Origin: a virus
IMG/VR virus record: IMGVR_UViG_3300024999_000045
Coordinates: 66,450-130,449 of that record
DNA length: 64,000 bases
Direction: 5' to 3' (one strand)
Positions 9,556-17,408 of this stretch are shown here, piece by piece. The notes under the pieces were generated by a model. It made no database searches and was not told where the DNA came from. It saw only the letters and a program-made list of their open reading frames with translations. Numbering within the stretch: position 1 is the first letter of the stretch; every line of letters begins with the position of its first letter. The translations under genes and the position numbers were made by a program.

Positions 9556-10108
9556 ATATTATGCTTTTAGTTTATCAAATTTTATAGCAAAAACAAGAAA
9601 TGAAAGCCATGCAAAAAGATATGAATATTATTATGGCTCATTAATATTATTAGAGACAATATTTCAATTAGTGTTATTTCTGGTAATTGGACTAGCTTTT
9701 AACATTTTAAAAGAAGTTATGATATCTTTATTAGCATTTGGAACTTTAAGGTTTTATGCAGGCGGCTATCATGCTAACACTTTTAAAAAATGCACTCTAT
9801 TTAGTCTAGTTATTATCTTATCTTCAGTATTTTTATCACAATATATATTGAATTTTATGAATATTATATTGATAATTATTTCCATTGTAGTATTATATAT
9901 TTATGCTCCAACCGATCATAAAAACAAGCCAATAACAAATGAAGCTCAGAGAAGTAAATTTAAGATTATATCTATTTTTATATTCGTTATTTGGATACTG
10001 CTAGGCACATTTTTATTAAAAGACTATTCCTTACTAATTAATATATCGTTGCTTTTTGAAAGTTTAAGTTTAATTAAGGTTTCAACCATGCCGAAATTTG
10101 GCAAATAA
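9527..10108 (+). CDS. agrB: Accessory gene regulator B (AIP-processing membrane peptidase)
   Basis: LRFYAGGYHANTFKKC (RxxxGGxH...C catalytic motif) and YAPTDHKNKPI; start could be 9536. Confidence 0.93.
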   Translation: MVQMNLLNIKYYAFSLSNFIAKTRNESHAKRYEYYYGSLILLETIFQLVLFLVIGLAFNILKEVMISLLAFGTLRFYAGGYHANTFKKCTLFSLVIILSSVFLSQYILNFMNIILIIISIVVLYIYAPTDHKNKPITNEAQRSKFKIISIFIFVIWILLGTFLLKDYSLLINISLLFESLSLIKVSTMPKFGK

Positions 10109-10128
10109 CATATAAGGAGGAACTAAAA

Positions 10129-10251
10129 ATGTTAATTTTTCTAGCTGATGTTTTAAGTGCGTTATTATCTGCCGTATCAACTCTTGATATGTCTATAATG
10201 TCACCTGTAATTATCCACCAACCAAAAGCACCAAAATCTTTAATTAAGTAA
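10129..10251 (+). CDS. agrD: AgrD autoinducing-peptide precursor (40 aa), not in the ORF track
   Basis: MLIFLADVLSALLSAVSTLDMSIMSPVIIHQPKAPKSLIK; AGGAGG RBS; clostridial AgrD tail HQPxxPxxL; follows agrB. Confidence 0.9.
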   Translation: MLIFLADVLSALLSAVSTLDMSIMSPVIIHQPKAPKSLIK

Positions 10252-10310
10252 TATGAATTAAACTCGACATTATAAGAAGTTTGACATAATAATAAGAAGT
10301 TTGTACATAG

Positions 10311-10344
10311 CACAAGCTCATTATATAATTTTAATGAGCTTGTG
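10311..10344 (+). terminator. Hairpin terminator after agrD
   Basis: CACAAGCTCATTA / TAATGAGCTTGTG 13-bp stem. Confidence 0.7.
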
Positions 10345-10411
10345 ATTACTTCTTAAATAACATAAACATAATAACGTATAATATAAAATTTACATATATA
10401 TGGAGGTAATT

Positions 10412-11092
10412 ATGAAAGGTAAAGTAATTGTTTTAGAATCACCAGACGGTTGTGGTAAAGCAACGCAAACAAAATTACTATATGATAAATTAAAATCTAA
10501 AGGCTATAATGTAATGCATTTAGATTATCCAAGATATAGTATGCCATCTTGTTTATTAGTGGAATCATATTTAAACGGTGAATTTGGTACTAATGCTCAA
10601 GAGATTAGTCCTTATATGGCGTCAAGTTTTTATGCAATAGACAGATATATAAGTCATCTAGTTGAATGGAAAGAATTTTATGATAATGGTGGAATTATGA
10701 TTTTCGACCGCTATTCTAGCAGCAATATTTTACACCAAACAAGCAAAATCAAAGATAAAGTTGAAAAATATAAACTTATTAATTGGTTGGAACAACTAGA
10801 ATTTGAAACATATTCATTGCCTAGACCTGATGTGGTGTTCTATTTAAATATGCCAATTGAACAAAGTATTAAACTTATGGAGAACAGAAAGAACAAAATT
10901 AATGGTGAAGATAAAAAAGATATCCATGAATCAGATAAACAACATTTAATTGATGCTCATGAGAATGCTACGGATATTATTAATATATACGAATGGACTG
11001 TAATTGATTGTATGGATAGGGATAAGAAACTTAAAAGCATTGATGATATACATGAAGAAATTTATGAATTGGCGGTTAGTTATTTAGAATAG
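10412..11092 (+). CDS. tmk: Thymidylate kinase
   Basis: P-loop ESPDGCGKATQ, DRY and PDVVFYL motifs. Confidence 0.92.
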   Translation: MKGKVIVLESPDGCGKATQTKLLYDKLKSKGYNVMHLDYPRYSMPSCLLVESYLNGEFGTNAQEISPYMASSFYAIDRYISHLVEWKEFYDNGGIMIFDRYSSSNILHQTSKIKDKVEKYKLINWLEQLEFETYSLPRPDVVFYLNMPIEQSIKLMENRKNKINGEDKKDIHESDKQHLIDAHENATDIINIYEWTVIDCMDRDKKLKSIDDIHEEIYELAVSYLE

Positions 11093-11194
11093 CATTAAAG
11101 TATAAACATAATAATTATTATTTATATATATCAACAGACATATTTAAAGAGAAAATGAATATAGTTTAAAAACTATTAATAAAGGAGATCAATA

Positions 11195-11413
11195 ATGAAA
11201 GTTGAAAATATAATATTGGAAGGTAAAAATACATATTTAATTTGGGTTAATAATCAAGAAAAAAACCTACCAAATATCCAAGATGATATAAATAAATATA
11301 AAAACATAAACACGAGGGTTGTTGTTTTTTATTCTGGTGATAAATATACCTTGCAAGAATCAACACAAAAACTAATAGAAGGATTAAACAACAATATTAC
11401 AAGTATATTTTAA
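11195..11413 (+). CDS. Small hypothetical protein directly upstream of the integrase
   Basis: ORF track; AAGGAG RBS. Confidence 0.6.
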   Translation: MKVENIILEGKNTYLIWVNNQEKNLPNIQDDINKYKNINTRVVVFYSGDKYTLQESTQKLIEGLNNNITSIF

Positions 11414-11485
11414 ATATACTTGTTTTTTTTACTTAAATTGGATATAATACTTTATTATAACACACTATACAAAGGAGTTACTGAG

Positions 11486-13048
11486 ATGGAAAATGCAGTT
11501 GGATATATTAGATTAAGTAGGGACGAAGATAAACAAAATTATAGTTCAATTATTAATCAAAAAAATATAATTATTGATTATTGTGAAAAAAATAACATTA
11601 AAATTATTGATTTTTATATTGATGATAATTATAGTGGATATACATTTGAAAGACCCTCTTTTAAAAAAATGTTATTAGATTTAGAAAATAAAAATATTGA
11701 CGTGATAATAGCGAAAGACCTTTCTAGAATTGGCAGACATAATGCAAGAACATTATTATTTTTAGAGTCAATAACAGAATTAAATAAAAATATTATTTTA
11801 ATTGATGAACAAAGCGGTGGATATAATTTAAAAAAAGACGACGATAGTATGATAGGAATCAAAACATGGGTAAATGAAATGTATGTAAAAGATATTTCAA
11901 AAAAAATAAGAAGTAGTTTTACATCTAAACAAAAAGAAGGAACTTTGGTTTTTAAGGCACCATTTGGATATAAAAAAGACAAAATAAGTAAATCAGATTT
12001 ACTTATAGACGAAGAAACATCTCAATATGTAAAATTAATTTTTGAGCTATATCTTCAAGGAAATGGTTATATTAAAATATGTAATATTTTAAATGATAAA
12101 AATATACCAACACCCTCTATAGTACAACAAAGAGATTTGTCTAATAACGGGAAAATATTTAAGAATAAGGTTTCTAAAATATGGCAGTCCCATCATATTC
12201 AAAGAATTATTAAAGACGATGTATATACGGGTAGTTTAAGGTGTGGAAAAACAAGAAAACAGGCAATTAAAGGTAAAACAATTTATCAAGATAAAGATCT
12301 TCATATTTTACACGAAAACCATCACGAGCCAATAATTTCTTTAGACGACTTTTCTATGGCACAAGATGTTAAAAATAAAAGAAATAAAACTCATTATAAA
12401 GGTGGGTCTAAAAATACGTATATGTTTTCTGGATTTGTTTTTTGTAATGATTGTGGTGGATATATGATTGGAAGGACATATAAAAATGGTGTAAAATATT
12501 ATGAATGTGGTAAATATAGTAAATATGGCCTTAAACAATGTACTACACATTATATAAAAGAAACATTGCTTATTAATTTGTTTAAAATATATTTACAAAA
12601 AGTAAAAAACCAAATTGAAGAATTTATAAAAGATATTAATATTGAAAATCATGAAAAAGACATAAATGAAATAATTAAAACACTTAAAAATGAATATATA
12701 ATTAAAAAAGAAGAATTAAAGACAATATTATCTGAAAAAATAAAAGCATTAATAAATGAAAAAAAAGACGAATATAAAGATATAGTAGAACAAAGTTATA
12801 AAGAAATTGAAGAAGAAAAAAAAGAAGAAATTAATTTTATATCAAATAGATTAAATAAACTTAATAACACAAAAGATGATGATATTTATATTAAAACTAA
12901 AAATTCAATTGATTTATATTCCAATTTAATTGAATCTAATAATTTTAAAAAAAAGGAATTAGAATTGATTTTAGATAAAATAATGGTTAACCATCAAAGA
13001 GATGTAGATATAAATTTAATATCAAATATTAATGATTTTATTGGGTAG
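11486..13048 (+). CDS. Large serine recombinase (phage integrase)
   Basis: YIRLSR catalytic Ser, DDNYSG...RPSF, DLSRIGR, recombinase domain, zinc ribbon (CNDCG...C...C), coiled coil; start after AAGGAG. Confidence 0.95.
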   Translation: MENAVGYIRLSRDEDKQNYSSIINQKNIIIDYCEKNNIKIIDFYIDDNYSGYTFERPSFKKMLLDLENKNIDVIIAKDLSRIGRHNARTLLFLESITELNKNIILIDEQSGGYNLKKDDDSMIGIKTWVNEMYVKDISKKIRSSFTSKQKEGTLVFKAPFGYKKDKISKSDLLIDEETSQYVKLIFELYLQGNGYIKICNILNDKNIPTPSIVQQRDLSNNGKIFKNKVSKIWQSHHIQRIIKDDVYTGSLRCGKTRKQAIKGKTIYQDKDLHILHENHHEPIISLDDFSMAQDVKNKRNKTHYKGGSKNTYMFSGFVFCNDCGGYMIGRTYKNGVKYYECGKYSKYGLKQCTTHYIKETLLINLFKIYLQKVKNQIEEFIKDINIENHEKDINEIIKTLKNEYIIKKEELKTILSEKIKALINEKKDEYKDIVEQSYKEIEEEKKEEINFISNRLNKLNNTKDDDIYIKTKNSIDLYSNLIESNNFKKKELELILDKIMVNHQRDVDINLISNINDFIG

Positions 13049-13051
13049 ATT

Positions 13052-13101
13052 TTATACTTTATAGTAGCACATTCACCTGAGAGTGCAATGATAAAGTATG
13101 A
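13052..13101. other. attP: Putative attP site of the serine integrase, central dinucleotide CC at 13076-13077
   Basis: Dyad centred at 13076/13077: TCA/TGA and GCAC/GTGC inner arms, perfect 9-bp outer arms ATACTTTAT/ATAAAGTAT; directly after the integrase stop. Confidence 0.75.
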
Positions 13102-13112
13102 GTGTACAACCC

Positions 13113-13141
13113 TTGATTTTACTACATTTATATAATATAAT
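13113..13141 (+). promoter_or_regulatory. sigmaA-type promoter of the mini zinc-domain gene
   Basis: TTGATT-N17-TATAAT. Confidence 0.55.
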
Positions 13142-13170
13142 TATATAATACCATAAAAGGAGTGACCCAT

Positions 13171-13506
13171 ATGTTATTTAAATCATTACTTAAATGTTCA
13201 AATTGCAACTATACATTCAGAGCAAGGAAAGAACGCAATCATATAAAATATCGCTGTAGTAATAGATTAAAAAATGGAATAAATTCTTGTTCAAATGACA
13301 GCGTAATAACTGAAGAAGAACTTATTTACCATACAAAAAAACAATTTGAGTTATATGAGATAGATTTTAACTTAGATAATGAATATTTAAAAACTGTAAT
13401 TAAAGATATTATAGTTCAACCAAATAATAATTATATGATTAATTATAAAAACAAATCATTTGACTCAACAATAATATCTGACACTAAGATTTATTGGGGA
13501 AATTGA
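13171..13506 (+). CDS. Stand-alone recombinase zinc-ribbon domain protein (candidate directionality factor)
   Basis: LFKSLLKCSNCN...YRCSNR...SC resembles the integrase zinc ribbon; no catalytic domain. Confidence 0.7.
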   Translation: MLFKSLLKCSNCNYTFRARKERNHIKYRCSNRLKNGINSCSNDSVITEEELIYHTKKQFELYEIDFNLDNEYLKTVIKDIIVQPNNNYMINYKNKSFDSTIISDTKIYWGN

Positions 13507-13620
13507 GATTTTAAAGGGGACAACAAAATATAATAAATTAAAATATAAGAAGGTAAAGTGAAAGGTTTATAATAAAAGGCTTTTAATAATTTTTATAGGG
13601 ACAACAATACAAAACATTTA

Positions 13621-13649
13621 TTGACAAAATGCGACATGATTGATATAAT
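13621..13649 (+). promoter_or_regulatory. Perfect sigmaA consensus promoter with no downstream ORF
   Basis: TTGACA-N17-TATAAT. Confidence 0.7.
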
Positions 13650-13714
13650 TAAATTCTGAAATTACTAAGCTATAATGTGTTCTGTCAAGCTCAGTTTTAA
13701 TCTTTTTTAAGACA

Positions 13715-13751
13715 GCCCAAAACCCGTAAACTAATTACGGGTTTTGGGCTA
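13715..13751. terminator. Strong hairpin where the left arm and the lysis operon converge
   Basis: AGCCCAAAACCCGTAA / TTACGGGTTTTGGGCT 16-bp perfect stem. Confidence 0.8.
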
Positions 13752-13755
13752 AACA

Positions 13756-14418
13756 TTATTTTTTTTCTAGTAATCCTACTCTATCTAAAATGGTCAATAA
13801 TTCACCCCATGTTATATTGGAATACAAATCTTTTCCATTTTGAATTAATCCACTTAATATTGCTTTATCTAGAACTGGTTTAGCCCAGTGTTCTGTTTTA
13901 GGTGTAATCATTTTATCTTCTCCTTTTTTAAATATGAAATATTTTTGGCATTGCTGCTTAAAAGTACTAATACTAGCCTTTGTTCTTACGGTACTATTAG
14001 GATCATGCACAATAATATTTCCATCCTTGACATCGTAAGCTAATATAAAATGTCCTCCTTGGGTAAAGTAACCCTTAGTCATACTACAAACTACTAGAGC
14101 ACCTTCTTGTAAATGTTTAACCACATCATCAGTTTTATATGATTCAATTAATTTTAAATTATATTTCTTAGCAATAAATGGAAAGAATTTAAAATCAGTC
14201 CCAGAATTCACAGTTCTATACCCATTATCAACACATAATTTAGCAACAAAATCAGGTAATATAGTAGTGTCATTCAGCAATGTTGATAATATCATAGCAG
14301 CACAAGTAATTCCACAACCACTTGAACCTATAGTTTGTTTTGGATTATTAGTAGAGGTGAAGCGTATTAAGCTCCACCTTTTGTTTGTTTGTAAATAATA
14401 ATTTGGTTTAATTTTCAT
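13756..14418 (-). CDS. Endolysin, C39-like cysteine peptidase with a short SLH-like C-terminal tail
   Basis: GSSGCGITCAAM (Cys), GHFIL (His), HDPN (Asp); position beside holin-like genes. Confidence 0.75.
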   Translation of the reverse strand: MKIKPNYYLQTNKRWSLIRFTSTNNPKQTIGSSGCGITCAAMILSTLLNDTTILPDFVAKLCVDNGYRTVNSGTDFKFFPFIAKKYNLKLIESYKTDDVVKHLQEGALVVCSMTKGYFTQGGHFILAYDVKDGNIIVHDPNSTVRTKASISTFKQQCQKYFIFKKGEDKMITPKTEHWAKPVLDKAILSGLIQNGKDLYSNITWGELLTILDRVGLLEKK

Positions 14419-14446
14419 AATATTCACCCTCTTATCTAAGTTTTAA

Positions 14447-14644
14447 TTAAAACTTAACTTTATCCGTTGGATTATTAGTTACTCCAACAATTCCTGCAAT
14501 ACCAAAAATAGTATCAACAATTGCTCTTAATGTTCCTTCTGGCATTCCAATTACATCATAAAATCCATAATTACCCATTATTAAAAATACAATTGACGCT
14601 AAACCTGTCCATAATACTGGACTTTTTAATCTTGATTGATTCAT
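14447..14644 (-). CDS. Holin
   Basis: Two TM helices; RLKSPVLW and GVTNNPT motifs; next to the endolysin. Confidence 0.85.
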   Translation of the reverse strand: MNQSRLKSPVLWTGLASIVFLIMGNYGFYDVIGMPEGTLRAIVDTIFGIAGIVGVTNNPTDKVKF

Positions 14645-14646
14645 AA

Positions 14647-14991
14647 TTATCCCTCCAATCCTTTTTTTATGAAATAATATGCTAAACCTATGCCACCACT
14701 AACCACTGCGGTGCTAATAGTAATAAAAAACCATTTAGTAACACCACTAATAACATCATTAATAGTTTTTGTAACTTCTTTCATATTTTCATTAATTGTC
14801 TCAGTAATGCTATTAATAGTTACAACTAAATCATCTATTTTCCCACATAAATTATTAATATCTTTTGAGTGACCAAGACCCTCGAGTTTTAATTTCATTA
14901 TTTCTTCCTCGTGTAATTTTAATTCTTCAGTATGCCCCTTTAATTCTTCAGATATATTCTTATGTTTTTCTTTGCACAATTCTTCGTTCAT
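14647..14991 (-). CDS. XhlA-like coiled-coil plus TM lysis accessory protein
   Basis: N-terminal coiled coil, C-terminal hydrophobic helix, lysis cassette position. Confidence 0.6.
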   Translation of the reverse strand: MNEELCKEKHKNISEELKGHTEELKLHEEEIMKLKLEGLGHSKDINNLCGKIDDLVVTINSITETINENMKEVTKTINDVISGVTKWFFITISTAVVSGGIGLAYYFIKKGLEG

Positions 14992-15357
14992 CTGTGATCT
15001 ACCTTTCTCTCAAAGAGCATAAAATTAGATTAATAAGTAAAATATATGAAACCTTACGGTATAATTGAGAAATTTATATAAAAGAACTAAATGTTCTGGA
15101 ATAAAATAAAAAGACAACAATATTTCAATTCTGTTGTCTTTTTTATAATATTTTGAAGTTTTTAGTATAATTTAAGCAAAACACACTAAAATCACCATTT
15201 TCCTTGATTTTAGTGTGTTTTGAGGTATTTTTGTTATTTTTCAGAAAATCGAAAATCAAGAATGTAGTCGTACCAAGGGCTGCGGGGTTCGTGTTTTTTG
15301 ATAAAATAAGCATTTTATTTAAAGTGTTAAATTATAATTTAAATTAATAAAAGCACC

Positions 15358-15579
15358 CTAGATGGATGCTTCTTCAACTGGTATATCTACATACTCATAC
15401 CAAACTTCTTCAGTTTCTTTTCTTGCTTTTAATATTGCATACTTGCCTTCTATTTCGTCTGCAATTGGTAATGTTTCTATCTGTATTGCTTGCAACTTTT
15501 CTTCTTCAGTTAATGTATTACCTTGTACAATTACACTTGCAAAATTGTCTTTACCATCAAATATATATATCATTATCAA
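15358..15579 (-). CDS. Small tail-fibre-associated protein
   Basis: LKARKETEEVWYEYVD-type C-terminus; follows the fibre gene. Confidence 0.55.
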   Translation of the reverse strand: MIMIYIFDGKDNFASVIVQGNTLTEEEKLQAIQIETLPIADEIEGKYAILKARKETEEVWYEYVDIPVEEASI

Positions 15580-16583
15580 ACCCTCCCATATCCTAGTAAA
15601 TTATAAAAATTGTTATATCTTCTTATTGTGTTTGTAGTAGAACCTCCAGCATACAGATATTTACCATCTAATGCTATGCCCCACACACTACCACCATAAT
15701 CTGATGTTGAGGTAATGTTAGTATATGTGGTTTTGCTATATTTTTTAACAACATTAAAGGTATCACCACCGACATAAAAATAGTCATCATCAAGTATTAT
15801 TTTTTGAATAATGCCGCCAACATTTGGTGTTGAAGCAATATATGCTAATGTTGATTTATTATATTTTCTAACAGTTTGAATTGTATCACCACCTGCATAG
15901 ATATAAGTGTCATCAACTGCTATCGAATTTATTTGCCCTCCATAACTAGCTGTTTCCCCTACATATGCTAATGTGGATTTATCATATTTTCTAACAGTTA
16001 GAGTTGTAGCACCACCAACATATACATAAGTGTCATCAACTGCTAAAGCATAAATCCCAGCTCCATAACTAGCTGTTGTCCCTACATACGCTAATGTGGA
16101 TTTATCATATTTTCTGACCATAGCGTAGGCGTGAGAACTCACATAAATATAACTATCATCATCAACCATTGAATGTATAGCAGTAGCAAAAAGAGGTGAC
16201 TCGCTTATATATGCCAGTGTTGATTTCAAATATTTTCTAACAGTTAGAGTTGTAGCACCACCAACATATACATAAGTGTCATCGACTAGTATCGAATTTA
16301 TTTGCCCCCCATAAGACGGGGTTTCCCCAATATAACTTAAATCTGATTTCAAATATTTTCTAACAGTTAGAGTTGTAGCACCACCAACATATACATAAGT
16401 GTCATCAACTGCTAAAGTATAAATCCACCCACCATATGTCACACTTGCAAACGAATGAGCGGAAGTTAATGTTCTATCCATAATTGCTTTATATACATTA
16501 TCATCAACGTCTACAACAACGCCTTTAGATACATCTACTGCACTTTTTACACTTTTAACCTTACCTAAAACAACTGCATCCAT
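15576..16583 (-). CDS. Beta-propeller repeat protein, probable receptor-binding or tail tip component
   Basis: About seven 41-aa repeats (AVDDTYVYVGG...VRKY.KSTLAY.G.T.SYGG.I). Confidence 0.65.
   Translation of the reverse strand: MDAVVLGKVKSVKSAVDVSKGVVVDVDDNVYKAIMDRTLTSAHSFASVTYGGWIYTLAVDDTYVYVGGATTLTVRKYLKSDLSYIGETPSYGGQINSILVDDTYVYVGGATTLTVRKYLKSTLAYISESPLFATAIHSMVDDDSYIYVSSHAYAMVRKYDKSTLAYVGTTASYGAGIYALAVDDTYVYVGGATTLTVRKYDKSTLAYVGETASYGGQINSIAVDDTYIYAGGDTIQTVRKYNKSTLAYIASTPNVGGIIQKIILDDDYFYVGGDTFNVVKKYSKTTYTNITSTSDYGGSVWGIALDGKYLYAGGSTTNTIRRYNNFYNLLGYGRV
15860..16420 (-). repeat. Tandem 123-bp intragenic repeats
   Basis: TATTTTCTAACAGTTAGAGTTGTAGCACCACCAACATATACATAAGTGTCATC at 15985, 16231 and 16354 (period 123 bp). 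Confidence 0.9.
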
Positions 16584-17081
16584 CTAACTCACCACCGTAT
16601 CTGTATAATTTCCGTCAACATCAAAATTATATTCCAATGTGACAGTTTCTAATGTACTTAAAGTTCTTACTTCTGTAATTTTAGTTGCTGTGTAAGTGAA
16701 ATTATCTGTTCTGATTATGTTAGTTAAATTACCTGTTTCCTTGTGTTCTACTTTGGTTATATCTTCACCTGTGTAAGTCGGAATTTGGGTTGTTCCTTGG
16801 ATGCTGTCATTATAAAGCAAATTATATTTATTTATATTATTCGATATTTCATCAACATTACTTTGTTCTGCCTTATTATTAAAATCAGTAGCAGTAGTAA
16901 GATAAGGCTGTAAAACTGTAAATAATTGTGATAATAAATCACTTTCATTAGTATAAGTATATGTGGTTCCACTACTTATACTAATATAAGACCCAGATAT
17001 AACCCCAAGACTTTCTTTAAAAGCCAGTTCATTGTATTTCTTTGCTTCACTTTTTAATGATGATAGTAAGTCATATTTCAA
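16584..17081 (-). CDS. Tail-associated hypothetical protein
   Basis: ORF track; synteny in the tail module. Confidence 0.55.
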   Translation of the reverse strand: MKYDLLSSLKSEAKKYNELAFKESLGVISGSYISISSGTTYTYTNESDLLSQLFTVLQPYLTTATDFNNKAEQSNVDEISNNINKYNLLYNDSIQGTTQIPTYTGEDITKVEHKETGNLTNIIRTDNFTYTATKITEVRTLSTLETVTLEYNFDVDGNYTDTVVS

Positions 17082-17096
17082 ATCAATTTCTCCTTT

Positions 17097-17396
17097 CTAT
17101 TTAATAAAATCTATAATAATATTATTTAATGAATTTCCTATTGCAAGAACATAACACTCCCAACCAGTAGCAACAGATAATCCTTGACGTATTTTTACAT
17201 TTGGAATTATATTTTCACTGCCCATTAATTTAATATTAGCTGTACCGTCCCCGTTGTTTATAACTATTTTAGCTGGATAATGATTATCGAATTTTACTTT
17301 TTTTAATTCTTTTTGAACATTTTCATGTATAATATCTTTAAACCAATTAATAAATCTTGGGTCATCAAAACTAATTTGTTGTTTATAATCACTCAT
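17097..17396 (-). CDS. Small tail tip protein
   Basis: ORF track; OB-like beta-rich pattern; synteny. Confidence 0.55.
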   Translation of the reverse strand: MSDYKQQISFDDPRFINWFKDIIHENVQKELKKVKFDNHYPAKIVINNGDGTANIKLMGSENIIPNVKIRQGLSVATGWECYVLAIGNSLNNIIIDFIK

Positions 17397-17408
17397 TTAA
17401 TCACCTTT

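Noticed and set aside
10362-10374. CATAATA inside the 13-bp motif resembles a sporulation sigmaG -10 element
   Set aside because: I checked four copies and found no GHATR -35 element at 17-18 bp spacing.
15860-16420. Regularly spaced repeats resembling a CRISPR array or a DGR template/variable pair
   Set aside because: The repeats are in-frame protein repeats with a 123-bp period; there are no unique spacers, cas genes, reverse transcriptase or adenine-specific differences.
16581-16586. In-frame TAG immediately followed by ATG between two tail genes, suggesting readthrough
   Set aside because: The downstream gene has a plausible RBS (GGTGGTGAG) of its own; there is no other evidence for readthrough.
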